In this document: positions 53,174-64,000 of the stretch, piece after piece | Position numbering within the stretch: the stretch's first letter is position 1 | How the letters are laid out: each line of letters opens with the position of its first letter | Source of the DNA: Octopus vulgaris | Lineage: Eukaryota | NCBI GenBank assembly: GCA_951406725.2 | Contig: OX597814.1 | Span: 15,252,001-15,316,000, forward strand | Direction of reading: 5' to 3' | Length of the DNA stretch: 64,000 nucleotides | Notes under the pieces: model-generated | What the model was told of the DNA's origin: nothing | Databases searched by the model: none | Seen by the model: the letters and a program-made list of their open reading frames with translations, nothing else | Made by a program: the position numbers and the translations under genes

Positions 53174-53488
53174 CTAGAGATTGAAAGATGGTTATTGTGT
53201 CTGTTTTTAATTCAGTCCTTTCACTGACCCAACGCTTGGAGAGAGAAAATCATACACACAAATACATCTCACATATACGAATGTACACACATGCATCATA
53301 CATATGTACACACACGCACACAAACACACACTTGTACATATTCTTACGCCTCGTATTCTATATACGCAATGTTTCATTAAAACATATATTACACATGGTA
53401 CGATATTTCAATTTTGTTAATATTACGCCAATTTAATATCTCACTATGAAATGTATGTAAAACCTTTATCAATAAGTCAACCCGTCAC

Positions 53489-53591
53489 CTCTTTTGTTTG
53501 ATATCTCAATGTAGCATTACAGAGAAAATAATTAAAAATTGCAAACAATTTTGAGTTCATTTGCGATCATTCAACGGGTTAGATAATTGTT
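53489..53591 (-). CDS. Exon TII*PVE*SQMNSKLFAIFNYFLCNATLRYQTKE, TAA (53579) and TGA (53567)
   Basis: tcttttatttag|A...GAG|gtgacg; phase 2->0. Confidence 0.55.
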
Positions 53592-54342
53592 CTAAATAAA
53601 AGAATTCAAATATACAATAGATCTACCACATCTTAATTTTTTGCAGTAAAAACGTCTAGACATCTTTTGTTGCTTGGCGAACTTTCAAGTAGATTCCAAA
53701 CGCCAACATAAAATCTCCGAAACCATATGTCGTATGTACCGTCTTATTTACTTTGATACATATACATATTATTTGATATTAAGTTTCGTCCTATGTATAC
53801 TCTAAATCTAGTTTCTGTATGTTTACAGGGACATTAGGTCATTCAACTCCGCATTTTATTAGTATATTCTTAAAGCAGATGTTGGATTATGACAATAAAC
53901 ACCGTGTGTCGATCCAAACTGGCGAGAAGAATGTGACCAATAAGGTAGCTGGGTAAGCTTAACCTCCGCAAAAGCGCTAGCAATAATGTGAACCCTGATG
54001 AGAGCCGTTCAAATAACAGTTCTCAGTGGTGATATTTGATTTCTGTCTATCTCAGCCATGTTTAGGGGAAAACATATCATGCTTTAGGGATAATTAAATG
54101 CTAGACTTTCTGCTATCGCCTTCCATTTTGAAAATAATTTGTCGTAATTTCAAATTTCTAGCACGTGAATACATGCAGTATCTTGGATTACTTTAATCCT
54201 CTGTGTTCAGGTGGGCTGTTAATATCATTAATTATATTATTATTATAAATATGATTTGAGAAATGAGCGCTTTCTGGTATTTCTTCGACTTTCTGAAGGA
54301 TTAATGCGATTCACACTAGTGTCACTATTACCTTTTACTCGA

Positions 54343-54530
54343 AGGCGGCGAGTTGGTAGAATCGTTAGCACGCCGGGCAAAATGCTTAACGTCATTTTGT
54401 CCATTCTTATGTTCTGAGTTCAAATCCCACTGAGACTAGCTTAGCCTTTTATCCTCCAAACTTGCTGGTCTTGTGCTAGAATGTGAAACCTGTATTAACT
54501 TTTATTCTGTTGGGGTCGACAAAATACAGT
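54343..54530 (+). mobile_element. Diverged family A SINE
   Basis: aggcggcgagttggtagaatcgttagcacgccggg head. Confidence 0.7.
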
Positions 54531-55171
54531 AAGAGCCTAGGGTCTGAGTTTCGAAGACACTAGGGTGTTTTAAACCTAAGCTGTTATCAAGTTAAACAGA
54601 ATCGTTTAGACCTTCAGTGATTCCAACTGAGTTCGGTATGTTGCAAATGTTCGGATTAGGACTCCACTTTGAGATAAAATTCTCTCCTCTTTCCAGTCTC
54701 AAAGACACTGAGAAACGAAAGTTCAGGGACATAGACCTTTCCTCCTTGAGTACTCTCTCTCTCTCTCTCACTCTCCTCCTCTCTCTTAAACACTCTCTCT
54801 CACACCCTCAACCCCTGCCCATTAATATATACTAAAAACGTATGTACATACAGTATACATGTTATATGAAAATCTAAATGAGATACACTTCAAAATCACG
54901 AGGCGCTTTTTCAAATAAGGATAATTATAATAATTCTACAACTCCATTTCCTTCAATAGAAATATTCATAACTGGAAAAAAAATCTAAGTCTCGTATGCT
55001 TTCCAAAATTAAGATCCGGAGAACAAAATGATATAACCAGTCACAAAATTACTGCATATTTGAATACACAAAAGAATATATATTTATACAAATGAGCAGG
55101 CACATTAATATATCAAAATATTACAAATTATTTTTCTCGCTCTTATGTAATATATGTTCATATATACATAC

Positions 55172-55241
<70 letters not shown>

Positions 55242-55340
55242 ATAAAACGGTAAGATAACAAAAGAAAGAAAGAGACCTCAATATTATGTAAATAGAGGTA
55301 ATTTATATCTATACAATATGTTACATTACTCGGTAGTCAA

Positions 55341-55401
55341 GATAAAACTCTGAGTTTCAGATGCCGAAGTGGAAATCCACAACACCATCTCTTCGGTTAT
55401 C
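55341..55401 (-). ncRNA. Hammerhead motif in a (TA)n-flanked fragment (55240-55407)
   Basis: gataa CCGAAGA gatg..catct GAAA ctcagag TT ttatc; stems I, II and III can all form. Confidence 0.6.
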
Positions 55402-55404
55402 TGG

Positions 55405-55449
<45 letters not shown>

Positions 55450-55550
55450 AAAAAAGGAGATGTCGAACACGAGTGGTGATATATAAAAAAGGAAATGAAG
55501 AAAATGCTGACAAATAATTGAAGTAATTTAAGTAATTTAATTAGGTGAAA

Positions 55551-55598
55551 GTTCTTTTTACCGGTTGCGCATTTGTTATGCTTATCAAAATATAAAAG
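55551..55598 (-). ncRNA. Degenerate hammerhead variant (U3/A8) in a (TA)n-flanked fragment (55447-55650)
   Basis: tt TTGATAA gcat aacaa atgc GCAA CCGGTA aa. Confidence 0.45.
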
Positions 55599-56759
55599 AG
55601 AGATTAGAGTTCCTTTCTTATAGAATTTTTCCTCTTATCTTTTCCTCTTATATATATATATATATATATATATTAATAATATCTTGAAAACGAGAATAAG
55701 CGATGTAAAAATGTCTTTGAGTGAACATGTTCGGAGCGAGACGCTCATCGTTAATAGGGTGCGGAAAAACTCGTTATATGTCAGTATGAATATAGCTAAA
55801 TGGTGGGAACATTGTATTGTGTAAGTGTGTGTCTGCATATGTGCGTAATTGTTTCGTATGTGTGTGTAAGTATAAGTTAGTTTATCCTAATTTTTAATGA
55901 AGAACATGAATACGACAAAATACATATTGGAATCTTTCATAGACCGAGTTTAATGGTTGGTATTTCTTACAAGGCTGTGATTAAATGATAAAGTCAGTCG
56001 ATATTCTTCATAATATCGTGAAATTAAATGAAATATTACTTTCCAATAATTTTTTTTTTTTTCGTGACACAACCGAGTGGCGTTGTGATTGTATGTTTAA
56101 CTACATAGAAGAGACGATAAAGAATAAAGAGGATAGATTACTATTTAAAGAAATTTGATTTACCATAAGATTTAAGTCTATTGAGGTTAAATGGAGATCA
56201 ATGTGTTTCAAATTTTTTCCATTTTAGCCATAATATATGCTTATATATGCTTGCGCTCATATGAATATGGATATATTTGCACTTTTATTTATTCACGCGC
56301 ATATCAGTTTGTATTGCGCAGGCTTCGATTTCATACACATACGCACAAGTTTATGGGTAATAAATAATCATCCATACGTACACATAAAATGCTGCTGAAT
56401 TAACTAAAATGGTGTTGGCAATGCACATGCCTATGCACATATTATAGTCGCATGCATGTAAAAGTACGACCATAACATCATCGAGATTGTGAAGCATTTA
56501 TCAACTGGGATAGTTTTGGAGGCATATGAATATAGATTGCATAGATATACGGCATGGATTATTTTATACCACAAAATAAACATACACGCACATACACAAA
56601 TACACACATACATACACATGTATGTATGTATGTATGTATGTATGTATATTCTTTGAAGGAGTACTTCGCGGCGAAGAATTCTTTCTCTGAAGCTTCCCCT
56701 TCCTCTCGGATTATGAAGTGTCGCGAGCGTAAAAAGTGAACCGTGGGTGGGAAGAGATA

Positions 56760-57272
56760 ATAATCCACGGCGTTGGAGAGCATAAATACTAAAGACTTTG
56801 AGAACTTCTACAACTTGCCAGCTGCGTTTTCTATATTCCATATACCATTGTATATACATATTCCATATACATATTCCATATACATATTCCATATACAATT
56901 GTTTTCTAGATTCCATATACCATTGTATATACATATTCCATATACATATTCCATATACAATTGTTATACCATGGAATATTATGTGTAGGGTGCTGTTGTA
57001 AAGGACACCAACTGCACTGCTTGCAACACCTGGGTGGTGTTGCAGGCCAAGATCAAGGAGGTCTTCGAAGATCTTCCCAGGGACGCAGTGAGGATAGCAA
57101 ATTACTAGGTTCCGGAGCCGTGTCAGAAGCTGAGGGGTACTACCTTGAGTAAATTGTAATCTCCCAGCCAAGATCTAGTTGTTATTTTTTAATTTTCAAA
57201 AAATATTTTCATATGATATTGTGGTTTTTTCTATTTTTATGAAAACTGTCAATTTTACTCCGAGCACACATG
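56760..57272 (+). mobile_element. Tc1/mariner transposase C-terminal relic
   Basis: MEYYV*GAVVKDTN..CNT..LQAKIKEVFEDLPRDAVR..RFRSR..EAEGYYLE resembles the post-SPDLNP region; interrupted by a 13-bp minisatellite at 56833-56960. Confidence 0.7.
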
Positions 57273-57279
57273 ATATATT

Positions 57280-57325
<46 letters not shown>

Positions 57326-57765
57326 CGTGCATGCATGCATTCATACATAAACACATACATACATGCATACACACTTATATAATACGTACATACATACATA
57401 CGTACATACATACCTACACATACTCATACTCACTCACCTACACTAACATTCATGGTCAACTGGTAAAAGTGCTGCAAGTTATTTAGGTTTACATAGAAAA
57501 AAATCAACGGAAGATACAAAAGTACTTTTCGCTATAGTTTCATTGACTACGTCACGCTTCGTAACATAAAACTGTGATTAAATTGAAGATTAAATTAGAT
57601 AAATATAAACTGAAAAGAAAATATTCAACTATATTGCGTCATGTAATTTGTATCAGTTCATTAGAACCACACACGCACAAACTTCGGAGTGTAAATTCAC
57701 ATCATTTGAGCGCTATATACATGTACATGTTCAAACACATGTGAACATACACGCATATATCATTT

Positions 57766-58066
57766 GAGCTGGCAGAAACGTTAGGACGCCGGGCGAAATG
57801 CGTAGCCGTATTTCGTCTGCCGTTACGTTCTGAGTTAAAATTCCGCCGAGGTCGACTTTGCCTTTCATCGTTTCGGGGTCGATAAATTAAGTATCAATCT
57901 GCCGTTATGTCTGAGTTCAAATTTCGCCGAGGTCGATTTTGCCTGTCATCCTTTCAGGGTCGATAAATTAAGTACCAGTTACGCATTGGGGTCTATATAA
58001 TCAACTTAATACTTTGTCCTTGTTTGTCCCCACTATTTTTACCCCCTTGTGGGTAATAAAGAAATA
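57766..58066 (+). mobile_element. Family A SINE with an internal tandem duplication of about 80 bp
   Basis: tctgccgtta...gataaattaagta occurs twice. Confidence 0.85.
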
Positions 58067-58099
58067 TATATTCATGGTACGTGAATAATACCAATAATA

Positions 58100-58167
<68 letters not shown>

Positions 58168-58691
58168 CACACATATATACGTAGACATCTGCATTCATGC
58201 CAGTATATATGGTGTGGGTGCGTGCGTGTGTATGTGTGTACGCGCGCGTATTTACTTGATTGTGTATGCACAAATCTCAGTATATACGCGAAGACGCGTA
58301 TGTATACATCCACATACATTGATGCAAACACATACTATATACATTGGCCAGCTGATTTTCGCACATCCGGTAGACAGTCGGACTAGACACTTAATGATAT
58401 CGAGTAACACTCGCTGCTCATTATTTCTGAAATAAGAAAGTACAGAGCAAAAATCTGTGCTGCGAAATACATGAACATAGTAATTGAAACACAGTCTGGG
58501 TAAAAACGGGAATTAGTTTTTTTTTTTTTTATTTCATCGGAGATGTATCTGGTAGCAATACATTTATGTCATCTTGCTTCTTTTGTTTCTTCAATGTTTT
58601 TATCGTTACTTGTAACGTATTGGAATAAGAACTACATATTTCTTGTTTCTTTCATGAAAATTGCTTGATATGTCTTCATTTCTATATATGT

Positions 58692-58800
<109 letters not shown>

Positions 58801-58934
58801 TATATAGTGTTGTATTTAGGAATGGTCATTTTGTCAGTTTAGCCAATAAATAAATACAACAATATCTGTTTCAACACACGATTTCACATCAAAAATCTTG
58901 CAAAACAAATATATATAAACGTAGCATATATATA

Positions 58935-59022
<88 letters not shown>

Positions 59023-59029
59023 CATACAT

Positions 59030-59190
59030 ACGACGGGCTTCTTTGAGTTTCCGTCCACCAAATCCACTCACAAGGCTTTGGTCGGTCCGAGGCTATAGTA
59101 GAAGACACTTGCCCAAGGTGCCACGCATTGGGAATGAGCCCGGAAGCATGTGGTTGGTGAGCAAGCTACTTATCACACAATCACTCCGCG

Positions 59191-59192
<2 letters not shown>
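59030..59192 (-). mobile_element. Family B SINE 5' half (further fragments at 59660-59768, 60410-60525, 44120-44375)
   Basis: Homology to 34040-34205. Confidence 0.8.
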
Positions 59193-59226
<34 letters not shown>

Positions 59227-59623
59227 TAGATAGATAGATATATAGATAGATAGATATATAGTAACCCCCCCGCCCCCAAATAACAAACACAAAATAAAAC
59301 AGCGCGAGGAAATGCTACATGTAAGGTATTAGCAGATGCTCAGGGAACGAAAGAAAGATGGTTTAATGTTTCATGCAAAGCTCTCCTTCAGAAACAGAGA
59401 AAGGTCCCATAGTAAAGGAAGACGGAAGAAAAGAAATCGCCAACGATTCACATGTGGTTACATTTTGAATATATATATATATGCATGATTCAAACTGTTT
59501 TAATTCATGCATAATAAATGGGACAAGAACGCAAAACATCCAGAAGACGATACAAAAAACACTGACGAGTCAGTCGAAGCCTTTAATCTTCGGTCAAGAA
59601 CCGGATCATCTTCGCAATTTCGG

Positions 59624-59662
<39 letters not shown>

Positions 59663-59784
59663 GACGGGGTTCTTTCAATTTCTGTCTATCAAATCCACTT
59701 GGCCAAGGTGCCACTCGGAAACATGTGGTTGGTAAGCAAGCTACTTCCACACAACCACTCCTGCTCCTGTATATATATATATTC

Positions 59785-60108
59785 AATTACATTTAATTCA
59801 TTAATAGCGAAACAATTGTCCCAAAATAATCTGTATTTTTGTTATTTTTTATTTGCCCTGTCCGTGTGAGCTAACAATCGTACTGACTTTCATGGGAAAC
59901 ATGTATTTTTGTGGTTGAAACCTTTTGGATTAACTGGTGCTAGAGTGAGCCATATAGTGACCACTCTCTTATATTTATTTTGTAAAAATATTATAATATA
60001 TTATAAAATATTATAATAATCCAGGTTTCTCGGAGCACTAGGCCACTTGGTGTTGAATAGATATACTATTAAATTAGTATCTAATTCTCTCACCCTTATT
60101 AATTAATT

Positions 60109-60110
<2 letters not shown>
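59785..60110 (+). mobile_element. PLE-type terminal fragment starting inside a hammerhead
   Basis: agcGAAACAATTGTC (palindromic stem III, GUC site); 3' end ggccacttgg...cacccttatt related to the tails at 24930 and 48509. Confidence 0.5.
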
Positions 60111-60159
<49 letters not shown>

Positions 60160-60362
60160 ACAAATAGTCAAGGATCATCAATCCGGACGGAATACTTCAT
60201 AAGCTCTATGCTGGAACACCAGGCTAGCAAAGGAAAAATAAGTAATAACCATTATTTTAAACTTGTTTCATACACACATACATACACACACATACATACA
60301 TACATACATACATGCATACAGACAGACACACGCACACACACACACATACGCACAGACACACA

Positions 60363-60401
<39 letters not shown>

Positions 60402-60909
60402 GACACGTGCGCTCTCCACTGTTTCCGACACCTAAATTCACTTACATGACATTCTACTGCCAAGGTGTTGTGTAACGAAGGCGAACCCGAAACCACGTGG
60501 TAAGAATGCGTTTTTGGTAACCACACATCGATACCTTCTATCTTCTTAAAATTAGCGATCGAGCTCTAGCAGCTTTGTTGAGAAGATTAGTATCTAGCGT
60601 GAGCAGCACACCTGTTACAGAAATTCGTGACGCGTTCCACATTTGTTAACGAAGCAGCACAAAGGAAATACATGCTTCTCAAATCACACCTTACCTACAT
60701 TTTTGAAAAGGAATTTTTGCATTAGGTTATATAGCCCTAGATACAATACTCAAGTAGATGTATCATGTTGGTCACGCTATTTAAATCAGTACTAATGTGG
60801 GGGCTTAACAACTGCAGTCACATCAACAGAGACAGTAGCAACGATATCAAAAAGAACTACACCGAAAGCAACAAGAACAACAAGAAGAAGAAGAACAACA
60901 ACAAAATTA

Positions 60910-60942
<33 letters not shown>

Positions 60943-61332
60943 ATAAAAACAACTGCAGTAGTAATAATAACAGCAATAACATCAACAAACTATGGTGGAA
61001 TTAAATTTCAGCCTTTGAGAACACATCTGACGCTCTCATAATTTATAGTGAGCTTTCAGCCACGTGCGTGCTAATGATTTTCACAGATTCCACAGGAGGC
61101 TGTTGAAAGATAATGTATATCTCTAGCGCAGTAAGCAGCTCAGTGATGATGCTAGTGACAAGCTGAGAAGTGATGAACTGGTGACACATAAGTCGTTAAT
61201 CCGACATCTATCAATACTACTTGATGTGAGAAACCAACGAGTACAGTCGTAAGTTCACGTCTGGGTCTGCAAGAAATAGCAGCCAAATATATCGCCAATC
61301 ACATGCTAGACCATTAAAAAAAAAAGTCATAT

Positions 61333-61738
61333 AGGCATAGGCGTGACTGAGTTTAGAAGCTTGCCTCTCAACCACATAGTTCCAGGTTCAGTCCCACTGC
61401 GTGGCACCTTGGGCATGTGTCTTCTACCGCAGCCTCGAGCCGACTAAAGCCTTGTGAGTGGATTTGGTAGACGGAAACTGAAAGAAGCCCGTCGTATACA
61501 TACATATATATATATATTTGTGTGTGTGTCTCTGTGTTTGTCCCCACACCATCGCTTGACAACCGATATTAGTGTGTTTATGTTTCCTTAACATTAGCAG
61601 TTCGGCAAAAGAGCCCGTTAGAATAAGTACTAGGCTTACAAAGAATAAGTCCCGAGGTCGATTTCTTCGACTAAAAGGCGGTGCTCCAGCATGGTCACAG
61701 TCAAATGACTGAAAGAAATAAAAGAATAAAAGAATAAA
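61333..61738 (+). mobile_element. Family B SINE
   Basis: Homologous to 33799-34205. Confidence 0.85.
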
Positions 61739-62046
61739 GGAATATAATTTACTCATATGTGCATATATGACATTGGAATAAGAGTCCAAATATTCACAGT
61801 TGGTATGCCTTTGATGAAAGATGTACTCAAACGTGACGACAATGTTCAGATCATGGGTCTGCTGCTGAAGGACTGACCTCGCTTATAAATAAAAGTAACA
61901 CACAATGATCCTTTATTTCTGGGAATCGATTAGCTATCGATTTTCTTTATACATATAGGATACTTCAGAAGGGACCAGAAATAATTGTTTTATTTCAACA
62001 AATATATGAAAGGTAAATAGTTTGTCAGCTATGGATGAGAGAGAGA

Positions 62047-62109
<63 letters not shown>

Positions 62110-62343
62110 TTTGCTAAAAGACACGGAATAGTAAATTCATATTTTGTGCTTCTTGCTATACTAAGTTCCCCTTAGTATATTCTCTTATTTCCACACATTT
62201 TTTCTTCTTTATCTATATCTACTATTGTAATTGTTGCACTCATCAAACACAAGGATTTAAGATTCATTTCGAACCTGCCACAAGCTAAATATTCGTAACC
62301 GAAAAGTGTCAATTCCTGTTTGCTGATATCTATATCAACTCAC

Positions 62344-62445
62344 CTGCGCATAATTTTGTTTAAACTATCTAAATTTAGTTCATGGTTTAATGCTGCCTCT
62401 AATAACGCTGGCACTGAATTGACTAGATTGGTCCGTGTCAGGAAC
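62344..62445 (-). CDS. Exon FLTRTNLVNSVPALLEAALNHELNLDSLNKIMR
   Basis: tttaaatag|G...CAG|gtgagt; 102 nt, open, phase 2->2. Confidence 0.7.
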
Positions 62446-64000
62446 CTATTTAAACCGATCTGTTTAAGCTTGTATTATAATTGATTTGAACATTTATTTG
62501 CAACAAAACATTTATAGACTGGGTCTCACGTAAATAGCTCCTCTTTCATACAAGGTTTATTAATAAATACAAGTGTTGAAATAGAATTCAAACAATTTTG
62601 ATGTCAGAAGGCGCAATTGTATGTTTATTTGTCAACAAAACAAAAAAAGTCGAAATAGAGTTTATCATTTATATAAATAACGCATAAATCTCAAATAACA
62701 AGGCTATTCTTAGAAATTTTGTTTCATTTCATTCATGTCTGTGTAAACAATTCATCGTTGTTTGGTATTGGTATTCAGTTTTCTATGGTACTAATCACAC
62801 ATGGTTATAAGTTAACTTTAGGCTTTAGAAATGAACTGAATGATCAGTATATTACTATTTCGTTGTAAGAATCCAAATCAAACGAGAGAAATGTTTTCAG
62901 TTCAAGTTGCAAGTAACTTTATACTTTCCAAATTCTATAAATTTTCAGTTGATTAACAATCTCTTTATAGAAAATAACAGCAAACAATGATATTATCGAT
63001 CGTATAGTTAATACACTGCGCAAATTAACACGACAACTTAATATTTAGTTGCATTTAATATTATTCAAAATTGCTGAAATCATTTCGGTCCAGTTCTGCA
63101 GTCTGAAGATAATTTAGGACCTATTCCCTTTCTGGGTTTAACAACAGTACAACCCGGCCTTTGGGCGTCTTGGACAGATTCTACGTTCTTGAAATCATCA
63201 GGACAGTTGTTCTTTCCTCACTTAACTTTGCCCCCCACCCACCAGCCACAGATGCATTCAAACGGCGCTGCCTTCATACACTAAATATGCCATTAAAATC
63301 AAATTCCTTTGACAGTAATAACTGCTTTGCTGTCGCCAAACAAGATAATTTGATTTCGATCTTTTATTTTTTTCCATAAAAATATCGCTAAGACTATATT
63401 TTTAAACGATAATTAAGGACATCAAACTCACTTTACGTTAGTCAAGCAGTCTATATACCAACTATAAATCGATGTTTTGCTTTGCTTTTATTTAATTTAT
63501 CGAATATTTTCCAAACGTTTTCGTGATTAAAATGTGGTGTTGTTGATTACATATGAAATTCCGCTTAAATTATTGACATTTTATAGAATTTAGACGATAA
63601 AATCAATAACTGAAATTTGCTGTGAAGCCTTGAGTACGCTAACAAACATAGCTCATACACAAATACAATCACACAGATATAAATATATAAGAAAGCATGT
63701 AGGTAAACATACATGCACACACACACATACATAATACATACATACATACATACATACATGCGTAAATAAATACATACATACATACATACATACATACATA
63801 CATACATACATACATACATGCTACTGATCTGTAGGAGACATACGTTCCATAGACGTTAAACCCGCAAGATACTGACTTCAACTGCAAATCTCTGAAATAG
63901 TGATATCCACTTAAGGAGGGATAAATGCGGCAGAGACTTGAGATTAGTGCATACAGCCGTTGAATGTCGTATAATCTCTCTCAGATAGCACTTGCTAAAC

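Noticed and set aside
53995-54030. CTGATGA followed by a hairpin
   Set aside because: There is no GAAA or cleavage triplet after the stem.
62344-62445. Naming the minus-strand gene (TEP1/NWD-like or a testis WDR)
   Set aside because: Only impressionistic similarity; a database search is needed.

Overview
AT-rich, microsatellite-dense eukaryotic DNA. The SINE families and repeat landscape suggest a coleoid cephalopod, probably Octopus; this is inference. Nearly all long ORFs in the supplied track are microsatellite artefacts. Repeats include four tRNA-derived SINE families, two Penelope-like (PLE) RT relics, many short PLE terminal fragments carrying hammerhead-ribozyme motifs and often folded into long inverted repeats inside (TA)n, an R4/Dong-type LINE, an RTE-like LINE, non-autonomous Helitrons, and hAT, Tigger and mariner relics. 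The main result comes from reading splice signals by hand. A large minus-strand multi-exon gene with WD40-like motifs spans about 15.3-62.4 kb, and a convergent plus-strand multi-exon gene lies at about 0.8-7.4 kb. In the best-supported exon chains, phases join without frameshifts, yet most exons carry in-frame TGA/TAG/TAA codons. Several of these sit where WD40 motifs need Trp, and one acceptor reads AA instead of AG. Each such lesion can be read as sense-strand G-to-A, which A-to-I editing could reverse. These may be editing-dependent genes rather than ordinary pseudogenes; this is a hypothesis that needs RNA data. Exon models, translations and counts are by eye.
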